DNA of 64,000 bases from the human T2T-CHM13v2.0 reference genome, Homo sapiens (GCF_009914755.1 NC_060935.1); one strand, 5' to 3'. Positions 28,120 through 43,600 are shown, counted from the first letter of the stretch. Made by a program: numbers and translations. The notes: generated by a model from the letters alone, not told the origin.

Positions 28120-28310
28120 AAGAGTGGAAGACTAAGAGTTGGAAGACTGAGAACCAACTGAACTACAGGATTAAATCAGGTGAAAGTAGGGGAAAAAAGA
28201 CTTGTTATGATCTCGGCAAAATTGGCCCCTGAAGCCATGCCAAGCACCTATAATTTGTTTCGCTGACATTGATCATACTGAGAAAGAGCAGCTGATAGCA
28301 GTCGAGACAG

Positions 28311-28540
28311 CAGGGCCAGATTTAGGGTGAGCCGAGTGAGGCAGGGTCATGTGAATGCAGGGTAAAATCCTCTATCTTTATTTATATTGTTGATATTTTG
28401 TTCATCATGGATAGTTGTGTGAATTTCTACTTTTAAAATATTGCATAAAGGTATTATTCATCTTGATTTCCAAAGTCTTGGTGCCTCCTTAAGTTTTGCA
28501 CCTGGAGCACGTGCCTCACTCACTTCATTCTCATCCACCA
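28311..28540. mobile_element. MER96-like hAT non-autonomous DNA transposon
   Basis: Subterminal inverted motifs CAGGGCC...GGTGAG..GAGTGAGGCA / TGCCTCACTCAC. Confidence 0.6.
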
Positions 28541-28629
28541 CTCAGCTATACAGTTGGAAAAGCATGTGATGATATGGACAGCACCTAGTATAAAGAGAAG
28601 CTTGAAAGAATTTTGAAAAGTCAACTTAA

Positions 28630-28741
28630 GGTTTACTACTGTCCAATGAGTGCACAGTGAGGGCACTACTGCTAACGCCTACACAAGACACCCACATCAA
28701 TTAGAGCTTTGCTTTACTTTGGTGCAATTTTTGGAAAAATG
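28630..28741 (+). pseudogene. RNU4ATAC (pseudogene): 5'-truncated U4atac snRNA pseudogene (copy 1)
   Basis: CTACTGTCCAATGAGTGCACAGTGAGGGCACTACTGCTAACGCC...GGTGCAATTTTTGGAAAAATG matches U4atac, including Sm site AATTTTTGG; A-rich tail follows. Confidence 0.88.
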
Positions 28742-29401
28742 AAAACCTGATTTTCCACAATAAAGAAAATAAAACAATAAATAAAATTTTAAACAAAGAT
28801 TTATAGAGCTAAAACAATAAAATGCCTAAAGTAAAGCATAAGACAAAATCTTTGTGATCTTGAGTTAAGCAAAGATTTTTTATATAGGACAAAAAAATTA
28901 TGAACTATAAAAGAAAAACCTGATACCTTGAAATTTATCAAAATTTAAAACTTCTGCTTTTCAGAAGACACTGTAAGAAAATTAGTAGACAAGCTACATA
29001 CTTGGAGAAAATATTGCCAAACTTATATCTGATAAAGAACATATTTAGAATATATGAAGAACTCTCAAAATTCAATAAGACAATCCATTAGTAAAAAGTG
29101 CAAAATATTTGAATATACATCTCACCAAAGAAAATATACAAGTCAAGTAAGTGCTGAAAAAGAGGCTCAACATGATTAGTCAAGATTGGAATCAACAGAA
29201 ACACTTTTTTAAAAAAACCTCGAACTCTATGGCAATAACACAAGAGAAGTGGTTAATATAGAGAAACCTTTGCTCATATGTGGCTCTGGTGTTTTGTCAA
29301 AAGTAAACTGACTGATCATCTATATAGAAAATCCCAAATAATCTGCAGGAAAATATATGAGAACTAGTAAGTGAATTTAGCAAGGCTGCAGGACACAAGG
29401 T

Positions 29402-29856
29402 ATTGTGGGTTGAATTGTGTCTCCCTAAAATATATGTTCAAGTCCTCACCTCCAGTACCTGTGAATGTGACCTTATTTGAAAACAGGGTCTTTGCAGATG
29501 TAATGAGTTAAGATGAAGACTTACTAGACCAAGGTGAGTCTTTAATTCGGGGACTGCTGTTTCTACAAGAAGAGGGAAATTTGGACACAGAGACCAACCC
29601 AGAGGGAGAATGCCATGTAGCAGTAGAGGCAGAGACTGGAATGATGCAGCTACAAGACAGGACCGTCAGGGATTGCTGACAACCACCAGAGGCTAGGAGA
29701 GAGGCATGGGACACGCTTCCCTCAGAGCCTCCAGAAAGAACCACATTTGCTGGCACTTTGATTCTGGACTTCTAGCCTTTCAGAACTGTGAAATAATAAA
29801 TTTATATTGTTTTAAGCCCTCCAGTTTGTGATAGTTTGTGATAGCAGCCCTAGAAA
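29402..29856 (+). mobile_element. MaLR solo LTR (MLT1B/C-like) inside old L1
   Basis: TGTGGGTTGAATTGTGTC...GTGAATGTGACCTTATTTGAAAACAGGGTCTTTGCAGATGTAAT; ends AGCAGCCCTAGAAA. Confidence 0.85.
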
Positions 29857-30569
29857 TTACAAGGTCAACATATAAAAGTCATTTGTGTTTCTAAATAGTA
29901 GCAATGAATAACTGAAAACTAAAATTTTTAAACATTATTTAAAATAGCCTAGAAACTATAAAATATTTCATGGTATATCTAACAAAGTGTGTCCAAAGTT
30001 CATGCACTGAAGACTATAAAATATTACTGAAAGGTATTAAAGAAGATTGAAGTCAATGGAAAGGTATATTGTGTACATAGATCAGAAGGCCCAGTTTTGT
30101 TAAGAGGCAATTCTACCCAAATTGATCTATAGGTTTAATGCAATGCCATGCAAAATTCCAGCAAGTTTTTAGAAATTGACAAGCTGACTCTAACATTTAT
30201 ATGGAAATGCAAAGGACCTAGGATAAACAGTGTTGGAAAAGAAAAATAATTTGGAAGAATTATACCACCTGACTTCCAGTCTTACTACAAAGCCACAGTA
30301 ATCAGTCAGTATGGTAGATTATTGGCATAAGCGTAGACATATCGATCCATGGGAACAGTAATAGACCTACACATACAGAGTCAATTGATTTGCACTGAAG
30401 GAACCAAGTTATTTCAGTGGAGATAGGATAGTGTTTTAAAGCAAAAAGCAACTAAAACGATATCCACATTAAAAAAAAAAAAAAAACCAACTTCAACCTT
30501 TACCTTGCACTCTACACAAAAATTACCTTGAAATGGATTATAGCCATGAATTTAAAGATTTATAGAGCT

Positions 30570-30865
<296 letters not shown>

Positions 30866-30881
30866 AAAGATTTATAGAGCT

Positions 30882-31011
30882 AACCATTCTTTCCTTGGGG
30901 TTGCGCTACTGTCCAATGAGTGCGTGGTGAGGGCACTACTGCTAACACGTACACAACACACCTACATCCACTACAGCTTTGCTTTACTTTGGTGCAATTT
31001 TTGGAAAAATG
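30882..31011 (+). pseudogene. RNU4ATAC (pseudogene): Full-length U4atac snRNA retropseudogene (copy 2)
   Basis: Starts AACCATTCTTTCCTTGGGGTTGCGCTACTGTCCAATGAG, ends GGTGCAATTTTTGGAAAAATG; ~130 nt; A-rich tail; no snRNA promoter upstream (Alu tail instead). Confidence 0.92.
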
Positions 31012-31462
31012 AAAACCCCATTTTCCATGACAATAAAAAAAAGAAAACAATAAATAAAATTTAAAAATAATTTATCTAAATGTATAAAATGCCTAAAGTA
31101 AAACAAGATAAAATCTTCATGATCTTGAGTTAAGCAAAGATTTTTTTATATAGGACAAAAACTTAAGAACTATAAAAGAAAAAACTGATAACTTGAAATT
31201 TATCGAAATTTAAAACTTCTGCTTCTCAAAAGACACCATAAGAAAATTAGTAGACAAGCTACATACTGGGAGAAAATATTAGCAAAACTTATATCTGGTA
31301 AAGAACATATTTAGAATACATAAAGAACTCTCAAAATTCAGTAAGACAATCCATTCGTAAAAAGTGCAAAATATTTGAATATACATCTCACCAAAGAAAA
31401 TATACGTGTCAAATAAGCACCGAAAAAGAGGCTTAACATGATTACTCATTAGAGGAACATAA

Positions 31463-32438
<976 letters not shown>

Positions 32439-35400
32439 TTATTATACATCCCTACAGTGGAATACTACTCAGTAATAAAAAGAAACAAATTACTGATAAA
32501 TGAAACAACAGGGGCAAATCTCAAAAGCATCAGACTAAATGAAAGAAGCCAGATTTGATTTACATAGCATTCTGGAAAAAAGCAAAACTATAGTGACAAA
32601 AAGCAGATCATTGACTGAGGATAGGAATGAAAGTAGGATATTTACTGCAAAGGAGAATAAAGGAAGTTTTAGGTATAATGAAAATGACACTGACAGTGGT
32701 TATGTGACTGTACACACTCATCAAAGCTCATTGAACCATATCCTTAAAAAGAATTAATTTTGTTTTATGTAAATGATACAATAAAACTGATAGAAAGAAA
32801 ACTGACTAAAATGACCATGAAAGGAACTGAATAAGTTCTATGAACCAACTGCAAAGTTCAAAACGTTAAAGAGCTCATTATTTTACTCTACAATCACAAA
32901 ATAAGCACAAGGCTAACAGCAGTCTCATAATTTTTATAAATTAATGTGATGCAAATTTTTCTATTGTATATAGACCTGTACACTGGGCATAATCTGTGCA
33001 TTAATTAAAAATCTTATAACCAATCTGACCTGACCTCCTCCTGATCCAAAGGCTGTGGGATCCAAGAACACAGATGCTAAGAACTCACAGCTAACCCACT
33101 CCGAGCTGTATCCATTCTCCTCTTCCCAGACCTGGGCATCAACCCAGGAAAAGTACACAAAGAGGAAACATAATGAGGAAGGGTTGATTTTATTTCCAGC
33201 AGATTCGCTCTCTGATTTCTTTTGAAGAGTGGCTGATCTGACCCCTATTGGTGTGGTTTTTCAACACTGTCTACAAAACTTGGCATATCTCTCAGCAGTC
33301 AGTTCTCTAGGTCAGAATGGGGGACTATTTTTCTTTAACACATCATTGACCCAGATTAAAAATCAGTTATAGACCAGACACCAAGTAGGCCTCCTGGTGG
33401 AGATGAGCCTTGAGCCAGGTTCTGAAGGAAGATTGGAACATGAGTTGGCGGAGAGAAAAGGGAAGGAAATCACCGAAAGCAGGGGACCAACAAGAGAACA
33501 GTGAACAGGTCTGCCTGACTGGTTCGATAGAATCTTCTTTTGGAAAGTGCGACAGTATCCCACAGAGTCTACTCGCCCATGAAAACCACAGATTTTCTGT
33601 GCCTCCTGTCTCCTCCCCCTTCAAACTTTTCAGCATAGCCAAGCTGCCTTTTCCCCAAACATTTCTGCCTTCATTTTTTGCCTACACAAAAAAATTACTC
33701 CCTTGCAGGATAACATTGAATCATTCATCCTGGCAGGTTTAAATTTGGTCCCAACCTGCCTCTCCACCCAAATCGTTCAATAGCTACTATTTTTTACAAA
33801 TTCACTGCTCTAGTCAAACTTCTCAATACATCATTTCAGGAAGACGCCAAATAAATGGCCATTTTCATGCTTTTGTTCATGCACACACCCCTTAGGGAGA
33901 ATGCTTTCTTTCTCATCCAGTCTTTATGTCCTGACCTTCCTTAAAGCACTTACCAAATTCCTCAGGAAAACTCACTACTCTGGGTGTTTAACATCTGCTC
34001 TCTCATTCAATCTTCACACCTGTAAGATTTGTACTAATATTATTCTCTAAATAAGAAAACTAAGATGAGTAATTACATAACTTGCTTAAGGACAAGTAGC
34101 TACAAAGGTACAGAGTAGCGATTCAATAGAAAATCTTAATTATACCAAAGTCATGCTATTCTATATAGTATTGTCTCCACGAGGATACACAGCATATGTG
34201 CACTACCTTGTAGTGATAACGTGTGTGTCTGTGGAGATTTACATAGTAAAGATACCTTATCTTTACTTGCATTATCTTTGAGTTTTAAGGTTGGCATGTA
34301 TAGGAGTACACAGTCTTCCTGGTACATTGTACAAGAAGATATTGATGAATGGACCCCCTTCACTCCTACTAACAATTTACGAAGTGAAGGTCTTTCTAGA
34401 GAAAATTCATGATTGGTAAAAATGCATATAGATTAAGCAGCTATTGCTACAAATGCAATCTTCCGGAGGATTTAGGAAATTATTTTTCAAAAACAAATGC
34501 TGGGTTTATGTCTACCAAAGACATGTACAATTATGTTCATAACAGATTTCTTTTTAGTAGCTAAAAAGTAGAGATTATCTAAATATCCATCAGTAATAGA
34601 AAAAATAAAAATATAAATTGAGAGCACATTTAAAAGATTATTCAACATGATCAAGTGGAATTTATCCCAGGGATGCAAGGAGGGTTCTACATATGCAAAA
34701 AATAAAGGCGATACATTGCACTGTATGGACAAAAGCCACACAATCATCTCAATAGATTCAGAAAAAGCACTGGATACAATTTAACATCACTTCATAATAA
34801 GAACTCTCAACAAATTAGGTATAGACAGTACATACCTCAACAGAATAAAGGCCATATGGGAAAACACACAGCTAACATTATACGGAATGAGGAAAAGCTG
34901 AAAACTTTTTCTCTAAGAACTGGAAAAAACAAAGATGCCTAGTCTTACCACTTTTATTTGACATAGTACTAGAAGTCCTAGCCAGTGAAATTAGGCAAGA
35001 GAAAGAAATAAAGAACATCCACATTGGAAAATAGGAAGTCAAATTGTCCCTGTTTAAAGAAGATATGATCTTATTTCTAGAAAACCGCAAACACTCCACC
35101 AAAAAACTCTTAAAACTGATAAATGAATTCAGTAACTTGCAGAATACAAAATTAACATACAAAAATCTGTAGCATTTCTATACACCAATAATGAACAAGC
35201 AGGAAAAGAAATAAAAAAATTAATACCACTTATAAGAGCCTCAAAATGTAAAATATGTAGGAATAAATTTAACAAGGAAGTGAAATATCTCTATAAGAAA
35301 AACTATAAAACATTGCATATTCATATGCAGAAAAGTAAAATTAGACCCATTTCTCCTCATATACAAAAATCAAATCAAAATGGATTAAAGACTTAAAAGT

Positions 35401-36159
35401 AAGACTTGAAACTATGCAGCTATCAGAAGAAAACATTGGAAAAACACTTGACATTGGTCTGGGTAAAAGTTTTTTGGGTAAGATCTCAAAAGCACAGTCA
35501 ACAAAAACACAAATGGACAAATGAGATTACAGCAAACTAAAAAGCTTCTGAAGAGCAAAGGAGACAATCAACAAAGTGAAGAGACATCTTGTAGAATGAG
35601 AGAAAATATTTCAAACTACCTGTCCAAGAGATTAAAAACCAGCATACACAAGGAATTTAAACAACTTAGTAACAAGATAAATAAATAATTTGATTTAAAA
35701 ATGGGCAAAAGATCTGAATGGACATTTCTCAAAAGAAGACATACAAATGGCCAAGAGGCACGTGAAAAAAAAAATGCTCAACATCCTAATAATCAGGGAA
35801 ATGAAAATGAAAACCTCACTGTATTTTCTCACCCCAACTAAAATGGCTTGTACCAAAAAGGCAGGCAATAACAGATGCTGGCAAGGATGTGAAGAAAGAG
35901 GAGCTCATACACTGTTCGTGGGAACGTAAATTAGTACAGTCACTACAGAAAACAGTACGGAAATTACTTAAGAAACTAAAACTAAATCGACCATATTATC
36001 CAGCAATCCCATTGCTGATTATATATCCAAAAGAATGGAAATGAGTATATCAAAGAAATATCTACATGCCCATGTTAATTGTGGCACTATTTTCAATACA
36101 AACAAAATATGGAATTAACCTAACTGTCCATCAATGGATGAATGGATAAAAAAAAACTG

Positions 36160-36450
36160 GAGCCAGGTATAGTGGCTCATGCTTGTAAACCCAGCACTTT
36201 GGGAGGCTGAGGCAGGAGGATAGCTTGAACCCAGGAATTCTAGACCAGCCTGGGCAAAATAGTAAGACCCCCATCTCCACACACACAAAAAAAATTAAAA
36301 AATAATTAGCTGGCCATGGTGGCATGTACCTGTAGTCCCAGCTACTTGGGAGGCTGAGGTGGGAAGGATTACTTGAGCCTAGGAGGTCAAGGCTACAGTA
36401 AGCTATGTTTGCACCACTTTAGCCTGGGTGACACAGCAAGACCCTGTCAA
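36160..36450 (+). mobile_element. AluJ-like
   Basis: Alu dimer running into a GA-rich tail. Confidence 0.9.
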
Positions 36451-36745
36451 AAGGAAAAGAAAAGAAAAAAGAAAAGACAGAGAAAGAAAAAAGAGAGAGA
36501 GAGAGATCGGGGGAGGAAGAGAGGGAGGGGAAGAGAAAGAGGAAGGAAGCAAGGAAGGAAGGAAAAGGAAGATGAAAGAAAGAAGAAAGAAAGAAAGAAA
36601 GAAAGAGAAAGGAGGGAGGGAAGGAGGGGGAGAGGAAGGAAGAAAGGGAAGGAAGGAAGGAAGGAAGGAAGGAAGGAAGGAAAGAAAGAAAGAAAGAAAG
36701 AAAGAAAGAAAAGAAAGGAAGAAAAAAAGAAAAGAAAAGAAAGAA
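36450..36745. repeat. Polypurine (GAAA)n/(GGAA)n compound repeat
   Basis: ~295 bp almost purely A/G. Confidence 0.95.
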
Positions 36746-37011
36746 TTTGGTATATATATGCAATAGAATACTATTCAGCCATAAAAAATAATTGAACCCT
36801 GTCATTTACAGCAACATATATGGAACTAGGGGTCATTATGTTAGGTGAAATAAGCCAGACATAGAAAGACAATTTTCACAGGCTGTCATTCATATGTGAG
36901 AGATAAAAAAGTTGGTGTCGTGGAGGTAGAGAGTAGAATGATGGTTACCAAAGGGAAGGGTAAGTTGGTCAATGGAAATACGTTGGTTAATGGATTCAAA
37001 AATAGGTAGAA

Positions 37012-37184
37012 AGCCAGGTGCAGTGGTGCATGCCTAGCTAGAGTCCAGCTACTCAGGAAGCTGAAAGAGAAGGACTGCTTGAGCCCAGGAGTTTGAGACT
37101 GTAGTGTGCTATGATGGTACATTTGAATAAGCACTACACTCCTGCCTGGGTAACACAGTGATACCCCATCCCTATAAAAGAAAT
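37012..37184 (+). mobile_element. Alu monomer (FLAM/FRAM-like)
   Basis: Single 7SL-derived arm GCCAGGTGCAGTGG...GCCTGGGTAAC. Confidence 0.75.
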
Positions 37185-38859
37185 ACAATTAGATAGAATG
37201 AATAAGTTCTAGTATTCAATAACACAATAGAGTGACTATAGTTAACAAAAATTTATTGTATATTTCAAAATAGCTAGAAAAGATTTGAAATATTTCCAAC
37301 ACAAAGAAATGAAAAAATGTTTGAGTTGATGAATATCCTAAACACTGTGATTTGATCACATTACACATTGTATACATATATCAAAATATCACATATACCC
37401 AATAAATATGTATCAATTAAAAATAAAAAATAAATATAGAGGCTCTTTTAAATTATGGGATATTTATACAATGGAACACTACACAGCAAATTTTAAACTA
37501 CTTATATATACAACAATAAAAATAAATTTCACAGACATAATATTGAATGGAAGAAATTAAACCTAAAAAGAATAGATAACAACCATGATACACTTCCAGG
37601 AACAAAATACACCCTCCAATCTTAAACAATTATAAAAATGGTTAGTGATCACTAAGAGAAGGTAAATAAATAAAGTGAGCCCTATAATTGCCCAGCTTAC
37701 TTCCCAGTGTGAGTTTCCAAGCTGCAGTTTGCTAAACTGAGGAGACAAAGTTCAGAATTCAGAAACACTGAGGTTGCTAGAATTTATGAGGCAAAATAAT
37801 AGGAAGAAGCATCATAGAGAGAAGGTTTCAAAGATCCGCACAGAGGTATACTAAAGGTTTTGGCTAAGTACTGGTTTGGAATTGTGAGAGAGAAAATTGC
37901 CCAAGGCCAATTACAGAATGAACAGAAATCAGTAGACATAATCATTCTTAAAACAAACATAGTACTCAGAATAGTTTATTTTTCCAACTAGAGAAAGTGA
38001 AAAGACTTCCTATGCGTGAGGCATATAGAATCCTCAAAAGGATGTTATTTCAGTACCAGAGTCAAATTAGCTCCAAGTAAAAGATTATTTAGAACCTGCC
38101 TAGCAAAACTTAAAATTAGGCCTAAAATATTATCAAACATAGGCCAAGCCATTTGTGCACATCTTAGAGCAAAGGTCCCATCATTAAAGGAATACAACAA
38201 AATCCAGCATGCAACAGGGTAAAATTAGTAATGTCTTGCATACAATAAAAAATGACTAGATATGTGTTATATGCCCATGTTTGTTGCAGCATTATTCACA
38301 GTAGCTAATATGTGGAAGCAACACAAGTGTTCACTGATGGATGAATAGATAAACAAAATGTGGAATATATATATAAAATGGAATACTATTCAGACTTTAA
38401 AAGCAAGAAAATTTTAACACATGCTACAAAGTGGATGAACTTTAAGCTAATGAAATAAGTCAGTCAAGAAAAGACAAATTCCATTTATATGAGGTATCTA
38501 GAATAGTCGAATTTATAAAAACAGAAAGTAGAATGGTGAATGCCAGCAGGCAGAGTATAAGGGAAATGGGAAATTTTTTTTAATAACTATGGAGTTTCAG
38601 TTTTGAAAGGTGAAAAGAGTTCTAGCAATTATTGCACAATATAAATATACTTAACCCTACTCAACTGTATACTTAAAAATTATTAAAATGTACATTTTAT
38701 GTCATATATATTTTGCCACACCTAAAAATAATCCTTAAATGACTAAGCAGGCAAAGAAGCAGGAAATATATCTATAAACTGGAGAAAAATCAATCAATAA
38801 AAACAGACCAATATGACACCGATGGCAGAATTAGCAAACAATGACATTAAAACAGCTAA

Positions 38860-39345
38860 TATACATACAAATATGTTATATATATTACAAGTATTAATTT
38901 ATAAGTATAAATATATTTATAATAATTTATATATTATATAATATAAACTATATAATATATAATATATTTTATAATAATATAATTTATATTATACAATATA
39001 TAATTTATATATCATTATATTATCATTTATATATAATTTATATTTATATAACATATAATTTATATATAATCATCATTATATTATACATAATATATAAATT
39101 ATATACAAATTATGTTATAATATTCTTAATAATTAATTTAATTAATTTATCATTATTAATTTATTATAATGATTAATTATTAGTATTAATATATTGTATA
39201 AATATATTTATACAATATATTAATATATTTATATGTATATTTATAGTATGGTATAAATAAACATTTATAAACATACATGTATTTACATAAGACATATACA
39301 TATGTACATATACGTATTTATACTATATTATAAATATACTTCATA
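38860..39345. repeat. AT-rich low-complexity (TA-type) tract
   Basis: ~480 bp nearly devoid of G/C. Confidence 0.95.
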
Positions 39346-39349
39346 TAGT

Positions 39350-40609
39350 CAAGAAAGTGGAGGAAAACATGGTCATGATGACTAGAGAAATAGATATAAA
39401 GAGGACTCAAGTTGAACTAAAGTTAAAAACATATATATGGGATTAAAAATTTACTGAATGAGTTTAAGAGATTAGACACTGCAGAAGATTAGTGAACTTA
39501 AAAACATATCAGTAGAAATTGCTATGAAACACAGAAAGGAAAAAGACTGGAAAAATATGAACACTGTATTAGTACACTGTGAGAAAATATCAGGCAGTCT
39601 AAAATATGTGTAATTGGAGTTTAAAAAAAGGAGAGGGAGAAGGGAGAAAGATAATGCACATACAAATTATTTTTAAAACTAATGACATAAAGTTTTTTTC
39701 AAATTTGGTAGAAGCTATAAAACCACAAAATTTAAAATCTTAAAACGTTTTTAAAGTAGAAGAAACAAAGAAAACCACAGCAAGACATGTCATAATCCAA
39801 TTGTTGAAAACCAGTGCAAAAGAGAAAAATCTTAAAGTCAGCTAGAGTAAAAAGATGTATTACAAATACAGGAACAAAGATAAAATAATTGAAAACAGAC
39901 CTTATCAGAAATCAGGCAGATGAGAAGATAATGGAAGGCATCTTTAATGCACTGAAGGAAAAGAACTGTCAACCTAAAATTCCACACCCAACAAAAATAT
40001 CTTTCAAAAATGACAGCAAAATAAAAACTTCTTCAGACAAACAAAGATTGTCTGAAGTTAATGCATTCATTGCTGAGTTAATTCATCAGCAGCAGACCTG
40101 CACTACAAGAAGGGAATTTCTTTGCACAAAAGGAAAACAATACCAGGTTGAAATTTGACTCTACATGAAGGAATGGAGGACACTAAAAATAATTAAATAT
40201 ATCTGTCAATATAAAAGACACTCTAAAATATCATTTCAAAAATTTCTTTATAAAATAATTGATTCTTTAAAGTAAAAATAATGGCAATGTGTGATGGGGT
40301 TTATAGCATTTGCAGAAGTAAAATGCATTACATCAACAGCACAAAGGACAGAAGAAAAATGGAAGTATATTGCTTTAAGAGTCTCACATTCTACATAAAG
40401 TACTTTAATATTATTTTAAATTCCACTCAATACATTGAAGATTAAGTTAAAACAAATCTTAGGAAACCTCTGGAAAAAGAAGTATAGCTAATAAGCCAAT
40501 AATAAAGAATGTAAAATGGAACCACAAAAAATTAATCAAAAAAGAAGTCAGTATAAGAGGGAAAAAGTACCAAAGAACATATGGATGAATGGAAAACAAA
40601 AGGCATAGA
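39350..40609 (+). mobile_element. Old L1 (L1ME-like) ORF1 region
   Basis: ORF1 remnant IFNALKEKNCQPKIPHPTKISFKN; host sequence resumes after 47530. Confidence 0.7.
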
Positions 40610-43600
40610 AGGGGCTTCAAGATAGCTAACTATTAGGATTTCGTGCTTGCATCCTCCACTTAGAAGAACCAAAATAGTGTATAAACAATCATCCTTCAAA
40701 TACATTATCCAAGAGAGAACTCTGGAATTCAACAGAAAAAATGACTGAAAACACCAAAAGCAAGGAAGGAGAAGGAAGAGAGGCAGCCTGCTTGGCCAGG
40801 ATTGGCAGGAGCCAGAGTAACTTTCCAACACAAAGGATAGTTGAGAGGCTTCTAGCAGCCCACTTCACCATGGATTCATGCATTCTTGGCCATGGAGGAG
40901 CACCTTAACATTCCCAACTTCTGAAACCAACATAGGGAGCTGCTGGGAGATTGTGAGAGAGAACTACTCCAGAAACGGAGTTTGTGTGGGATTCCACACC
41001 CTTTCTGAAACCTAAGGATCTACAAACCTAGCCTTTGGCAGACTGCATGCTGTCTTGCTGCCCAGCCCTGCTTGCTGGAGCATTAGGGAAACATGGACTG
41101 CTGCTGCTGGGACGAAGGTGCAAGCTGGGAGTACTCCCACAGCCAGGACCAAGAAGTCAGCATGGCGTGGGCTGCAGCTGTCAGTATTGGGAAGTGTGTA
41201 CCACCAGGACTGAGACTGAGATGTGAGCAGGGTACAAGTTGCCACTGGGACTTAGTTGTGAGTTGGGCAGGGGCTACCTACATCCAGGGCTGTGGCACGA
41301 GCTAGGCATGGGCTACAGCCACCAGGGGTAAGGGACAAGGGCCACTGCAATTGGGTCATGAGAGGGACATGCATTGCCCAACCACTGGCCCAGGCTATGG
41401 CCACCAATGCCAGCCCCTACCTCTCCAGCTGCAGGGCCTCAGCACAACTGCTACCACACTTCACACAGGAACTCTGCCTGGGCCTGAATATTCCCCTGCT
41501 CCCTCTCACCATGGCTGGTGCCTGCTGTCATCACTGGGGAACCTGAGCACAAGCCCACCCAGATGGTTTGTTTCTCTTCCCTGAGATAGAGCACATAGCC
41601 CATGATCCTTGTGTTTGCCCAACTCAATTCACCACGTTAGGTTCCTGAACACTCTCCCAGCGGCCTGAAGTTAAGCCTAAACTCCTACCCGCTACCACCT
41701 CAGCTGGCGCTTACCAGTTAGTGCCACCTGCACGCCTGGAGATTGCCATCAAAACACACTGCTGGGGACCCAGAAAATTGTCCCACCACTGCTACTGTCA
41801 TAGCCCATGCCACACTAGCTGCCTAGGAACCCAAGAACCTGCCCATCTGCCTGGATCACTCCTGCTACTATTAGTATCTGAGCAAGTCACCCGGAGGCCT
41901 ATGAATTGGCTGGCCAGTAACCACGAACACTGATGCCAGTGTACATCATCCTGGGCAAAAAGATAGGCATTCTCAGCCTACCACTGTCACCACTAGGGCC
42001 TGAAGACTAGCCCACATGGCATCCCAGTCCCCAGCACAACTTTACTACAGTTTTCACTAATAGCTGCACCCTAACTCACTGAGGAAATCACAGATACCAG
42101 TAACACCACCTACAGCCAAACAAATCATACAGAGGCTGTACTACTGCATGCACCCAGAATCAAAGCCAAAATGCCCCACCCAGCCAACACCTAAAATGCA
42201 TCTTCAGGAAAAATTGTCTCCTACAAAAGTAAATTCAAAAATAGGAGGAAGTGACTGCTACACCAAATACATAGATATCATCATAAGAACACATGAAAGA
42301 TGAAAAAGCAAGGAAATATACCTCCAAAGGAGCACAATAACTTTCCAGCAATAGATCTTAATAAAATTTTCAAAATATTGATTTTAAAGAATTCAAAATA
42401 TTGATTTTAAAGAAGTTCAGTGAGATGCAAGAGAATTCTGAAAAAAAATACAAATAAATCAGAGCAACAATTCAGGATATGAATGAGAAATTTAATAAAG
42501 AGATAGATTTTTTTTAAAAGAATTGAATAGAAATTCTGGAGTAATCTTGAAGGAAGTATAAAATACATTTGGAAGCTCAACAACAGACTAGATCAAGCAA
42601 AAGAAAGATTCTCAGAATTTAAAGAAAAGTCTTTTGAAATAATACAGTCAAACAAGAGATAAAGGAAAAAGAATAAAAAAGAATGAGAAAAAGCCTTTGT
42701 GACATTTGGTACAACATAAAGCAACTAAGTATTCAAATTATTGGTATCTCCAAGGGTGAAGAGAAAATGAAAGGACTAGAAAAACCTATTTAACAAAATA
42801 ATAGATCAAAACTTCCCAAGTTATTAAGAGATTTAGACATCCAAATACAGGAGGCTCAACAAGCCCCAGGCAGATACCATGCAAAAGGGTCTTCTCCATG
42901 GCACATTATAGTAACAATGTCTAAAGCCAAAGATAAAAAGTAAATCCTAAAAACAGCAAGAGAAAAGCACCTAATCACCTGTAAAGGAAACCCCATCAAA
43001 TTAACAACAGATTTCTCAACAGAAACCTTACAGACCAGAAAAGAATGGGATAATATATTCAAAGTGCTAAAAGGAAAAAAAAAAAAAAAAAAGCAACATC
43101 AACCAAAAATACTATGTCCAGCAAAATTATTCTTCATAAATGAATAACAAATAAAGTCTTTCCAAGATAAGCAAATGGTGAAGGAATTCATTATCACTAG
43201 GCCAGTCCTAGAAGAAATGCTCAAAGGAGTCTTCAACCTGGGCATTAAAGAATGAGATTTGTCATCATGAAAACACATAGGACTATAAAACTCACTGGTA
43301 AAGTAATCACACAAAGGAAAAACAAAAATGATTTAAATGGTACCACTTTAGATATCCACCAAACTATGACAAACAATAAAAAATGAAAAAAATAAAGCAT
43401 AAACAACCAGAAAACAATAAACAATATGACAAGAAAAAAGCCTCGCATATCAATAATAACCTTGAACATAAATGAATTAAATTATCCACTTAAAAATATA
43501 GAGAAGATGAATAGATTTTTAAAAATCCGACTATATGCTGCTTATAAGAAACTCACCTTACCAGTAAAGACACATATCCACTGAAAGTAAAAGGATGGAA

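Larger units (their letters stand above)
34620..37430 (+). mobile_element. 5'-truncated L1MA-like, interrupted by two Alus
   Basis: RT-region DNA (GATCAAGTGGAATTTATCCCAGGGATGCAAGG), ORF2 3' part and L1MA-type 3'UTR. Confidence 0.85.

Noticed and set aside
30882-31011. Functional U4atac gene
   Set aside because: Multiple substitutions, A-rich tail, TSD and no upstream snRNA promoter indicate a retropseudogene
36373-36805. Lys/Arg/Glu-rich and Phe/Ser/Leu-rich ORFs of 110-140 aa
   Set aside because: Artefact of the GA-rich repeat
42369-42416. 23-bp tandem duplication in L1 ORF1 (similar one at ~60463-60497)
   Set aside because: Ordinary slippage in decayed L1; no functional implication
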